Positions 53,418 through 62,545 of a stretch of 64,000 nt of DNA are shown piece by piece; the stretch's first letter is position 1, and every line of letters starts with the position of its first letter. This DNA is from Acidobacteriota bacterium (lineage in GTDB: Bacteria > Acidobacteriota > Terriglobia > Terriglobales > Acidobacteriaceae). Location: positions 14,415 to 78,414 of the forward strand of contig JABCZI010000014.1 in the NCBI GenBank assembly GCA_013289765.1. Direction: 5' to 3'. The notes beneath the pieces were generated by a model that saw only the letters and a program-made list of their open reading frames with translations, did not search any database and had not been told where the DNA came from. The position numbers and the translations under genes are program-made.

Positions 53418-54806
53418 TCAAGGTCGGTCGTAACTCGATGAGTGCGGAACTGAGTGCAAAAAAGGCACGGTTTCGCCTTCCCATCGGGCAATGGCCATGG
53501 TAGCAACGCAGTTTCCAAGAACGTTGATGGCTGTCCGGCCCATGTCCATAAGTTGGTCAATGCCGAACAGAAGAAACACCGGTTCCATCGGCCAGTGGAA
53601 CGAAGTGACAACAGCTAAAACAATGACGAGAGACGCGCGAGCCACCCCAGCCGTTCCCTTACTAGTGATAAGTAAAGTAAGTAACATCACTAGCGTCTGA
53701 CCAGCACTCATATGGATTCCCGCGGCCTGCGCAACGAACACGAGAGCGATGGATTGATACAAACTAGAGCCGTCAAGATTGAGCGTGTAGCCGGTGGGCA
53801 GTACGAAAGCAACTGTTTCGCGCGCGACACCCAGGCTCTCCATCTGTTCCATGGCACGCGGCAAAGCAGCCTCTGAACTCGAGGTTGCAAATGCTATTGT
53901 GACTGGCTCGACCACCGCTTTCAGGAACCTGCGGAGAGGAACACCCAGCGCGACGCAAATTGGAAGAAGCACACACACCGCAAAGACCACCAGCGCGCCG
54001 TACATGGTCAATAGCAGCTTTAAGAGTGGAAGCAAAACTCCCATTCCCATTCGTCCCACGGTGTAGGCCATCGCCCCAAAGACACCGATCGGCGCGGCAA
54101 GCATCACGATATTCGTGAACTTGAACATCGTTTCTGAGAGGCCTTCGGCAAATGTTAATAGAGGTCGCCGTTTCGGCTCCGGAACCATGGCCAGTGCCAC
54201 ACCAAAAAGAACGCTGAACACCACTACCTGCAGAATCTGGCCTTCGGCAACCGACTTCGCTATATTTTCGGGAAAAATGTTTGTCAGTAACTCACTGATC
54301 AAATGCGGGGCGGCACTTATGTTTTCTGTGTTGACGCCCGACGGAAGGTGCACGCCAGCTCCAGCCCGCGTAATGCTGATCGCAGCGAAGCCGATAACCA
54401 GCGCTATAGTGGAAACGATTTCGAAGTACACCACGGCTTTAAGCCCCATGCGACCAACTTTTCTCAAGTCCGCATGTCCCGCGATTCCTACCACCAATGT
54501 TCCGAAAAGGAGTGGAGCGATAATTACTTTGATGAGGCGTAGAAAAATCGTTCCGAGTACTTGAAGTGGTACAGCCGCTCCCGGCCAGTCGTAGCCAAAC
54601 TCCGCTCCCGCCACTATTCCAAGGAAAATCCAGACAGTGAGCGAGCGCCGTTCCAGGGCGTAGCCGGCAAACAGAATGATCGCAATCCATCGCAGAATTG
54701 CGAACCATGGCCCGGCAAGAACAATCCAACCGAAGTGAGTACAGCCGCTGAGTGCCGCGACCACGAGTACAATAACGCCCGCGCCAATTAGGAATTTTAA
54801 TTTCAT
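53418..54806 (-). CDS. Dicarboxylate/amino acid:cation symporter (DAACS, GltP/DctA family)
   Basis: TSSSEAALPRAMEQMESLGV and NLDGSSLYQSIALVFVAQ. Has a ~50-aa N-terminal extension, so the start is uncertain. Confidence 0.88.
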   Translation of the reverse strand: MKLKFLIGAGVIVLVVAALSGCTHFGWIVLAGPWFAILRWIAIILFAGYALERRSLTVWIFLGIVAGAEFGYDWPGAAVPLQVLGTIFLRLIKVIIAPLLFGTLVVGIAGHADLRKVGRMGLKAVVYFEIVSTIALVIGFAAISITRAGAGVHLPSGVNTENISAAPHLISELLTNIFPENIAKSVAEGQILQVVVFSVLFGVALAMVPEPKRRPLLTFAEGLSETMFKFTNIVMLAAPIGVFGAMAYTVGRMGMGVLLPLLKLLLTMYGALVVFAVCVLLPICVALGVPLRRFLKAVVEPVTIAFATSSSEAALPRAMEQMESLGVARETVAFVLPTGYTLNLDGSSLYQSIALVFVAQAAGIHMSAGQTLVMLLTLLITSKGTAGVARASLVIVLAVVTSFHWPMEPVFLLFGIDQLMDMGRTAINVLGNCVATMAIARWEGETVPFLHSVPHSSSYDRP

Positions 54807-55261
54807 CGCGCCATGAGCTTCCGTCCGGTCCTCGCTCTCACCGGGGGCGGTAAAAGATTGTGACAGCTTAGCGACCTCTCTCCCCGATTACAAATCCGAC
54901 ATCGTCGATAACGCGGGCAGAATCTTAAGCGCCACAAAGCAGAAGTCTGGTGCAAGCGCGCTGGCAGTCCTTTGTAGATAGCACAGCTTTAAGGCAACGC
55001 ATATAAATAATGTTTATCAAATAGTATACGGGTTATCGATTGCGATGATAAAAAGAATTCGTTTTCCATCTAAATGCAATTCACGTAGAGTACGTCGAGT
55101 TCGCTGAACGCGGCGAGTTTCTTAGGGTATTGACGCCGCCGAGCGAAATGAAATTGCACATTTATCCGTTCTGCACGGTTACTCACTTAGCACCCAGACA
55201 ACTTTCATCTTCACAGCCGGAAAAGCCACAGCAGTGGCTTGAGAACAGGGAACGAGGGGGA

Positions 55262-58200
55262 ATGTTTCAAATGAAACTGCGGGGGATTAGGTGTGCGATG
55301 TTCACTTTGCTGGTCGGGTTTTCATTGCTGTTACCGCGTCCTGTGCGATCTCAGGTTGCCGGCGGTTCACTATCGGGAACCATAACTGACCACTCCGGCG
55401 CCGCCGTCCCCCGCGCCAATGTTGAGATCAAAAATTCAGCGACGGGAATCACTCGAAGCGTCACTACGAATGCCGATGGCTTCTATACGGCGGCGAATCT
55501 TCTGCCGGGAAATTATGAAGTCTCAGTTTCAGCTGCCGGATTCAACACCGAGATTAAAAAAGGAATTGTGATCAACGTCGGGTCACAGCCTGTATTTGAT
55601 CTGGTTCTAGAGGTTGGCGTAGTAGTAAACCGGGTAGAGGTAACAAGCGAAGCGCCCGCAGTCGAGCTCACCAGTTCGGAGATCAGTGCGACCGTCAACG
55701 CCACGACTGTCCGCGAGCTGCCTTTGAACGGCCGCAGTTGGACCGACTTGGCAGCCCTGCAACCTGGCGTAGCGACCATCCAAACACAACCCAGCTTCTC
55801 GAGCGGATCGGATCGCGGCAACCGCGGTTTTGGCCAACAGTTGACCATCTCTGGCGCGCGCCCGCAGCAAAATAATTATCGTATCGATGGCATCAGCATC
55901 AACGATTATGCGAATGGAGCCCCTGGCAGCGTTCTTGGTGGAAACCTGGGGGTGGATGCCATCGAGGAATTTTCCGTCCTCACAAGCAATTATTCGGCGG
56001 AGTACGGCAAGACTTCCGGAGGCGTAGTCAACGCGATCACGCGTTCAGGAACCAACGCTTTCCACGGTAGCGGATACGAATTCATACGCAACAGTGCACT
56101 CGACGCGGCAAACTTTTTTGAGGATGCCGGAAATATACGGAAAGCGCCTTTCAAGCGAAATCAGTTTGGAGGCACGATCGGCGGTCCGATCATCAAGAGC
56201 CGCACATTTTTCTTTGCCGATTATGAAGGCATCCGGCAATCGAAGGGAATCACTAATAAGAACATCGTGCCGTCTCTGGCATCGCGGGCTCTGGTTACGG
56301 ATCCTCAAGTCTTAAAGTACCTCGCACTTTACCCTCTCCCAAATTCCAGTTGTTCCCCCACAGACACCGTGTGCCAATTTACCTACTCCAGCCAGCAGAT
56401 CGTCACAGAAAATTTTGTCACGACGCGCGTCGACCACAAAATCTCCGAGAAGGACAGCGTGTTCGGAACTTACGTGTACGACAAGACGCCCTACACTTCA
56501 CCTGACTCGATGGGCAACGTGCAACTGAGCACCCAGTCATCGCGGCAGATCGTCGCCGCTGAGGAGACGCACAGCTTCACGCCGAACTTTGTGAATGCGG
56601 TTCGGTTTGGCTTTAATCACGAGTTTGTGAATAACGATGTCGGCGTAAAAGCGCTAAACCCGGCGGCTGGCGATACTTCCTTGGGCTCGTTTGATGGGCG
56701 TAATGCGTCGGTCGTAAACGTCACGGGTCTTACGTCCATGTCGGGCGGAGTCGGGGGACTGCCGGCCAACATGTACGATTGGAATTCATTTCAAGGGTAC
56801 GACGATGCTTCCTGGGCGAAGGGCAAACACTCGATAAAATTCGGCGCGGCGTTCGAGCGCATGCTATTCCAAATTACCGCTCACAGCGATGCCAACGGGG
56901 TTTGGACCTTTAAGAATTTGAATTCTCTTCTGAACAACAATCCCAGCAAGTTTGGAGGCGGCGTACCGGGTGGACCGACCACTCGCGACCTTCGCCAGAG
57001 CATTATCGGCGGTTACTTGCAGGACGATTGGCGTGCGCTGCGCAACTTGACGTTGAATTTAGGTCTGCGCTACGAGATGTCGACGGTTCCTTCAGAAATC
57101 AACGGCAAGCTGGTCAATCTCCGCAATCTTAGCGACGCGCTCCCGGCCTGCGGAGTATTGGTGGCAGGTTGCGGGACGAAGGGCGCGTTCTTCGCGAACC
57201 CCACGCTGCATAACTTTGAGCCACGCGTGGGATTTGCCTGGGATCCATTTCACAACGGAAAATTGGCGGTGCGCGGCGGGGTTGGATTGTTCGATGTTTT
57301 GCCGCTGCCGTATCAGTTCATCATTGAGGAAGACCAGGCCTCTCCGTTCTTCCAATATTTCTCGAAAAGTTTTCCTACCGGAGGTGCAACTCCCAATCTT
57401 GATTTCTTTCAGATACCCACATCGTCAATCACTCCGAACAAATTGCGTTCCGCGTATATTGACTCCCATCCAAAGCGCAATTATGTCGCGCAATGGAACC
57501 TAAGTTTGCAGTACGAACTTACTCCGAGCCTTGCGGCCATGGCCGCTTACGTGGGCTCGCGAGGCGTGCATCAACCCTTCCGCGTGGACGAAGCCGATCT
57601 GGTTATGCCGACCTTGACTTCCGCCGGATATGTCTGGCCGCAAGTAGATGTCAATGGAAACCTTATATCCGGACCTAATGCCGGGAATGCACCGTCGACC
57701 ATTAATCCGAACTTTGGCTCAATTCACGCCACGTTTTACGACGGCCAATCTTATTTCAACGCCCTCGAACTGCAGATGGTCAAACGCATGAGCCATAACT
57801 TCCAGGTACAGGGCAGCTTTACCTGGGGCAAGAGTATGGATACCAGTTCTGCGACGCTGGCTGGCGACGCTTTTGGCAATTCCATCTCCAGCTTGAATTA
57901 TTTCGATACGCGTTTAACGCGCGGCCTTTCCGATTTCAACGTTGGTCGGAACCTCGTTCTGAACGGCACGTGGAGAGTTCCCACGCCAAAGTCGTTTACC
58001 GGCCCAGCGCGTTGGGTAACCGACGGCTGGCAGCTTGGGTTAATCTTCACGGCCAGTGATGGCGTGCCTTTCACTCCGACTTGGGGAACTGGCGGCGACC
58101 CCGCGAACACGCTCAGCAGTGATGACTATGCCTATCCGAACCGCTTGAGCGGCCCCGGGTGTAAGACGCTTACCAACCCCGGCAACCCGTTCAATTACGT

Positions 58201-58648
58201 CAAGACGCAGTGCTTCACGGTTCCACTCGCGCCGAATGACGCGTTCTGGAATGCTTATTGTGATCCCACTCCGCCAAGCCTGGGGGTGCCGATTCGCGGA
58301 GACGCTAACAATCCTCCGGTTGCGAATCTCTCGCCTTTGACATGCTTCAATCTCCGCGGGAACTCCGGACGCAATATTTTGAACGGTCCGGGCATCACCA
58401 ATCTGGATTTCTCGATCTTCAAAAACAATCGCATCCCGCGAATCTCGGAAAACTTTAACGCGCAGTTCCGCGTGGAAATGTTTAACGTTCTTAACCATCC
58501 CAATTTTGCACCCCCGGGACCGGGTGATGGCAATACCGACATCTTCGATGCGACCGGAACGTCGCTGGCAGGCGCGACCGCGGGTGTGCTGGTTAAGACA
58601 ACCATCCCAGAACGCCAAATTCAGTTCGCCCTGAAAATTGTGTTCTGA
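55262..58648 (+). CDS. TonB-dependent receptor with N-terminal carboxypeptidase-regulatory-like domain
   Basis: GAGGGGG SD. Signal peptide. GTITDHSGAAVPRANVEIKNSATGITRSVTTNADGFYTAANLLPGNYEV. Plug (NGRSWTDLAALQPG), a huge barrel, and a C-terminal ...QFALKIVF. Confidence 0.9.
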   Translation: MFQMKLRGIRCAMFTLLVGFSLLLPRPVRSQVAGGSLSGTITDHSGAAVPRANVEIKNSATGITRSVTTNADGFYTAANLLPGNYEVSVSAAGFNTEIKKGIVINVGSQPVFDLVLEVGVVVNRVEVTSEAPAVELTSSEISATVNATTVRELPLNGRSWTDLAALQPGVATIQTQPSFSSGSDRGNRGFGQQLTISGARPQQNNYRIDGISINDYANGAPGSVLGGNLGVDAIEEFSVLTSNYSAEYGKTSGGVVNAITRSGTNAFHGSGYEFIRNSALDAANFFEDAGNIRKAPFKRNQFGGTIGGPIIKSRTFFFADYEGIRQSKGITNKNIVPSLASRALVTDPQVLKYLALYPLPNSSCSPTDTVCQFTYSSQQIVTENFVTTRVDHKISEKDSVFGTYVYDKTPYTSPDSMGNVQLSTQSSRQIVAAEETHSFTPNFVNAVRFGFNHEFVNNDVGVKALNPAAGDTSLGSFDGRNASVVNVTGLTSMSGGVGGLPANMYDWNSFQGYDDASWAKGKHSIKFGAAFERMLFQITAHSDANGVWTFKNLNSLLNNNPSKFGGGVPGGPTTRDLRQSIIGGYLQDDWRALRNLTLNLGLRYEMSTVPSEINGKLVNLRNLSDALPACGVLVAGCGTKGAFFANPTLHNFEPRVGFAWDPFHNGKLAVRGGVGLFDVLPLPYQFIIEEDQASPFFQYFSKSFPTGGATPNLDFFQIPTSSITPNKLRSAYIDSHPKRNYVAQWNLSLQYELTPSLAAMAAYVGSRGVHQPFRVDEADLVMPTLTSAGYVWPQVDVNGNLISGPNAGNAPSTINPNFGSIHATFYDGQSYFNALELQMVKRMSHNFQVQGSFTWGKSMDTSSATLAGDAFGNSISSLNYFDTRLTRGLSDFNVGRNLVLNGTWRVPTPKSFTGPARWVTDGWQLGLIFTASDGVPFTPTWGTGGDPANTLSSDDYAYPNRLSGPGCKTLTNPGNPFNYVKTQCFTVPLAPNDAFWNAYCDPTPPSLGVPIRGDANNPPVANLSPLTCFNLRGNSGRNILNGPGITNLDFSIFKNNRIPRISENFNAQFRVEMFNVLNHPNFAPPGPGDGNTDIFDATGTSLAGATAGVLVKTTIPERQIQFALKIVF

Positions 58649-59064
58649 GGGGCGATACGTAGCGGCAGAGGGAGTCAGGCTTCCTTAAGGCCCACGGAAG
58701 TCGGCACACCGGGTTATGCACGATTGCATTTACTTCCGTCTGCGGAAGAGCGTGCATGACGTTAGGGCTGCTTCGCAACGACGAAGGCCTTCGCCGCGCC
58801 CTCGGGCGTAGCGCAATAATATTTCGCCGCCGGCTCTTGCTGGCTCGGGGCAGATTTCTCCAATACCGCCTCGGAGTCTAGCCCCGCGAAAAGTGTAAAC
58901 ATGCCCACCGGCTCTGATCTCGCGCTGTTCTATGCGCGCGCACACTCGTTACTCCAGTGATTCCGTTACCTTCCTCGTTAGCCTGAACTCCCAGGCGCTG
59001 GTGTACGGCGGACGGGGTTGAACAGACGGCCTCTTCCGCGTATCGTCAACCTTTTGTTCGTGGA

Positions 59065-60774
59065 TTGACCCAAAAATCTAAGTCGCAATTATTCTTGATG
59101 CTCGCCTCGCCTGTTCTCGCAACTCGGTCGAAGAAGACTACCGGCCTCCGTTACTGGATGTTGCAGGTTCTAGAGGAGTGCGATAACGTGGCGGCCGACT
59201 TCAATCCGGATTCGGTTCACGATCTGCGCGTTGCGCTGCGCCGCTGCCGTTCCCTGGCCGATGGCTTGATGGCGCTCGATCCCGATCCCGACTGGAAAAA
59301 CATGAAGAAGGCCGGCAAGCGGCTGTTTCAGCGCCTGGGTGATCTCCGGGACATCCATGTAATGGAGGAGTGGGTTGAGAAACTAAAACAAAAACAAGAA
59401 CAAAAACAAAGTAAGACAAATAAATCCTATACGGAGCGGCCCTTCTCCCTCCCTGTCCAGGCTGCCAACCAGAACCTTGACCCCACCGCAGAGTCAGGCG
59501 AACCACAAGACAACTCCGAAGACGCGGCGGCCCAAGCATTGCTCAGAATTCTCAAAGCGCGCGAGCAAGAACAAGAACATGAATCTCAATCGGCTCTCGG
59601 AGAATTCGATCGCAAGCAATGGCGCCGCTGGAGCAAGTCTCTTCCGGCATCCGCTTCCCGCATCCGTCCCCAGAGTCCTCTGTTCAAGCACCTCGCGCTT
59701 GAGCGTTGGACCGAAGCCCGTCAGTTGCACGCCCGCGCCTTGCGTAACCGTTCTCAAACCGCTTTTCACAGCCTCCGCATTGGCATCAAGCGCTTCCGTT
59801 ATACCGTTGAGAACTTTCTTCCCGCTGAGCACAAACTCTGGAGCGATGATCTCAAAGAAATGCAGGACTTGCTGGGCGACGTTCACGACCTCGACGTCCT
59901 CTGGTCGACTGCTTTCGCTTGTCAGATTTTTCCCGACGACGACTCCCGAGGCCTCTGGCGCGAACGAATTCTCTCGCAGCGTTCAAAACGCATCGACGGC
60001 TATCGCGCGAAAATGGTCGGCGAAAATTCTCTCTGGCTGGTATGGCGCTCGGCGCTCCCGCAGGGCAAGCAAGTTCAGGACCTTGCGACCCGCCGCATGA
60101 AGCTTTGGGCGAACAGCCTTGATCCTGATTTTGCTCACTCCGAGCGCGTCGCGAGTCTCGCCCTCCAACTCTACGATGGCCTACTCGCTGCATGGCAGCC
60201 CGCAATCGATGCGTCTTCTGCCCGATCCAGCCTGCTGGCCGCCGCTTTGTTGCACGACGTTGGTAAGTTCAAGGGTAATAAGAATCATCACAAGAAATCC
60301 CTCAAACTGATTCAATCCCACGGCAATCCGCTCGGCTGGCGGCCGGCTGAATTTCGTCGCGCCGCTATCGTAGCCCGCTTTCACCGCGGAGCGTTGCCCA
60401 CAAGAAGGCACCAGTTATTGCGGGATCTTCTCCCCGACGAGCAAAAAGCAACCATCCAGCTCGCGGCGATTCTCCGGCTTGCCAATGCCCTTGACGCTGC
60501 ACACGACGGTCACATCCGCCGCGTTAAAGTGGAAGGCATTCAGGGCAAGGCGGAAAAAACTTATCGGAAACGCACAGCAGGATTTCTGCGCAAGCTGCCG
60601 GGGCATGATCGAAATGAACCGCTAGTGATCGTCGCCGAAGGTTATACGCTATTGGGATCTGGCGCCCGAACCATCGCGGCTGAACGTCACCTGCTGGAAA
60701 CGGTTCTCCACCGGCCCGTACTAGTCAGGCCAATGGCTCTCCCAGCTAGACCGGCTTCCCGTCAAATCCGCTGA
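59065..60774 (+). CDS. CHAD-domain protein fused to a Ppx/GppA-type HD domain
   Basis: CHAD motifs VHDLRVALRRCRSL and FHSLRIGIKRFRYTVE. C-terminal SERVASLALQLYDGL...AALLHDVGK...HHKKS. TTG start, with ATG 59098 as an alternative. Confidence 0.8.
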   Translation: MTQKSKSQLFLMLASPVLATRSKKTTGLRYWMLQVLEECDNVAADFNPDSVHDLRVALRRCRSLADGLMALDPDPDWKNMKKAGKRLFQRLGDLRDIHVMEEWVEKLKQKQEQKQSKTNKSYTERPFSLPVQAANQNLDPTAESGEPQDNSEDAAAQALLRILKAREQEQEHESQSALGEFDRKQWRRWSKSLPASASRIRPQSPLFKHLALERWTEARQLHARALRNRSQTAFHSLRIGIKRFRYTVENFLPAEHKLWSDDLKEMQDLLGDVHDLDVLWSTAFACQIFPDDDSRGLWRERILSQRSKRIDGYRAKMVGENSLWLVWRSALPQGKQVQDLATRRMKLWANSLDPDFAHSERVASLALQLYDGLLAAWQPAIDASSARSSLLAAALLHDVGKFKGNKNHHKKSLKLIQSHGNPLGWRPAEFRRAAIVARFHRGALPTRRHQLLRDLLPDEQKATIQLAAILRLANALDAAHDGHIRRVKVEGIQGKAEKTYRKRTAGFLRKLPGHDRNEPLVIVAEGYTLLGSGARTIAAERHLLETVLHRPVLVRPMALPARPASRQIR

Positions 60775-60902
60775 GTTGGTCATGGCTGCTTTCGCGGTTA
60801 CAGGACTGAGCGATTCCATCGGAAGCGAGTCAGATACTTTCGCGCCCCAATTTCTCCAGATACAAGTATTGTTGTTTCTCTGGGCTTTCCTGGCTTGGCC
60901 TG

Positions 60903-60942
60903 AAGCAGAAGCCCAGAAGCCCAGAATCCCAGAAACCCAGAA
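60903..60942. repeat. 8-bp tandem repeat (N)CCCAGAA x4-5 immediately upstream of the MmcB-like gene
   Basis: gaagcagaa gcccagaa gcccagaa tcccagaa acccagaa. The inverted partner ctgggctttcctggctt lies at 60880..60896. Confidence 0.85.
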
Positions 60943-60950
60943 GCCGAATT

Positions 60951-61502
60951 ATGACCCACGGTCAACTAGTCGAGAAAGCTGTCCACTGGCTGCGCCGCTA
61001 CCGCTGCGGAGTCGTCCTCTCAGAGCAGGCTTGCGTTAGCGGGGAAATGCCGGATGCTATCGGCTGGAAGCGCGCTTGCCATTCCGTGCTGGTCGAGTGC
61101 AAAGTCACGCGCGCTGATTTTCTTGCCGACCGGGCCAAACCTTTCCGAGTCAAGCCTGCGGACGGAGTGGGATGCGAGCGCTTCTATCTAGTCCCCGCCG
61201 CACTGGTGCGCCACGAAGAACTGCCGATCGGTTGGGGATTACTCGAATATCGCAACGGCAAAATTCAGACGGCGCATTCCTCGGCAAAGGATCTTCGGAG
61301 CGCCACTGGCTTTCGCTACGAAATGAATCTGCTGCTGGCGAGCTTGCGCCGCGTAGAGGTGCGCGTGGAACCGCAGAGCATTACCGACTTTTTGAAGTGG
61401 AAGAACCGCATGGCGGAATACAACCGAGGGACCCTGCCAGAAGGGTTAGGGGCGGCGGAAGAAGAAGCCAATGTTTTCCTGGAACCGGATGTGACCTGCT
61501 AG
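60951..61502 (+). CDS. MmcB-like PD-(D/E)xK nuclease-fold protein
   Basis: PDAIGW...VLVECKVTRADFLADRAK...CERFYLVP fits the D...ExK core plus the MmcB/DUF1052-type downstream motif. Confidence 0.65.
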   Translation: MTHGQLVEKAVHWLRRYRCGVVLSEQACVSGEMPDAIGWKRACHSVLVECKVTRADFLADRAKPFRVKPADGVGCERFYLVPAALVRHEELPIGWGLLEYRNGKIQTAHSSAKDLRSATGFRYEMNLLLASLRRVEVRVEPQSITDFLKWKNRMAEYNRGTLPEGLGAAEEEANVFLEPDVTC

Positions 61503-61539
61503 CCGTGTGTGACGCGGTTACCGGAAAGCGGAAGCCGAT

Positions 61540-62139
61540 TCACAATTCCCGCCGCCCTTCCATCGCCTTCAGCATTGTGATCTCATCGGTGTACTCGATA
61601 TCGCTACCCACCGGAATGCCCATTGCGATGCGCGTAACTTTCACACCCGCGCGCTTAAGCTGCTGCGAGAGATACGTGGAAGTTGCCTCGCCTTCCACCG
61701 TAGGATTGGTCGCGATGATCACCTCATCCACGTTGCCCGCATCGACGCGCGCAATGAGGTTGTTGATTCGCAATTGGTCAGGCCCAATTCCGTGCAGGGG
61801 AGAAATGGCGCCGTGTAGTACGTGAAATACGCCATTGAAGTGCTTGGTTTTTTCGATGGATGCGATATTGGTAGGCTCTTCGACCACGCATACAAGCCGT
61901 TGGTTCCGAGTTGCGCTGGTGCAGTAAATGCAAGGGTCAACGTCAGTAATGTTGTTGCATACCGAGCACAATCGCAGACTGGCTTTGACGTCGCGCACCG
62001 CGGCGGCCAACGCCTCGGCGTCTTCATCGCTGGCGCGCAAGATATAGAAGGCCAGTCGCTGAGCACTCTTCGAGCCGACGCCCGGCAGCTTCTTCAACTC
62101 ATCAATCAGCCGCGACATCGGCTCCGCAAATTTAGACAT
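61540..62139 (-). CDS. recR: Recombination protein RecR
   Basis: [24 protein letters not shown] (HhH), [16 protein letters not shown] zinc finger, and Toprim [12 protein letters not shown]. Confidence 0.95.
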   Translation of the reverse strand: MSKFAEPMSRLIDELKKLPGVGSKSAQRLAFYILRASDEDAEALAAAVRDVKASLRLCSVCNNITDVDPCIYCTSATRNQRLVCVVEEPTNIASIEKTKHFNGVFHVLHGAISPLHGIGPDQLRINNLIARVDAGNVDEVIIATNPTVEGEATSTYLSQQLKRAGVKVTRIAMGIPVGSDIEYTDEITMLKAMEGRREL

Positions 62140-62156
62140 AGGAATTTTGTGAGTGG

Positions 62157-62462
62157 CTAAAGCCCGCCGATGCCCATTCCGCCCAGCATTCCGCCCACCG
62201 TCGACTGCATGGCCCCATCAATTTTCCGTGCGGCCTCGTTGACCGCCGCGAGAACCAGATCCTGAAGCATTTCAACATCGCCCGACTTCACCGCTTCGGG
62301 ATCGATGCGCAGGCTAAGAAGTTGTTTTCGCCCATCCATCTTCGCAGTGACGGTGCCTCCGCCAGAAGAAGCCTCAACTACCGTTTCCTGCATCTTCTTC
62401 TGCAGGGTTTCGTACTGCAACTTGGCCTTCGACATCAGCTCTTGCAAATTAAATCCGTCCAT
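62157..62462 (-). CDS. ybaB: YbaB/EbfC nucleoid-associated protein
   Basis: [17 protein letters not shown]...[24 protein letters not shown]. Canonical position between dnaX and recR. Confidence 0.92.
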   Translation of the reverse strand: MDGFNLQELMSKAKLQYETLQKKMQETVVEASSGGGTVTAKMDGRKQLLSLRIDPEAVKSGDVEMLQDLVLAAVNEAARKIDGAMQSTVGGMLGGMGIGGL

Positions 62463-62545
62463 AGGGACCTCGGCTTCCGCTTTCCGGCACCCGGCTTCCG
62501 GCCCGAAGTTAACCTGCGGGAAGCGGGAGCCTGTCGCCGATTTAT

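Noticed and set aside
55007-55019. Fur-box-like ATAATGTTTATCA in the AT-rich divergent region between the DAACS gene and the TonB-dependent receptor
   Set aside because: By-eye alignment gives only about 11 of 18 matches to GATAATGATAATCATTATC, with no dyad symmetry. AT-rich promoter DNA gives such matches easily.
60776-61039. 87-aa ORF spanning the CCCAGAA repeat and overlapping the MmcB-like gene start
   Set aside because: It is out of frame with, and overlaps, a gene carrying PD-(D/E)xK motifs. Its sequence is repeat-derived and low complexity.
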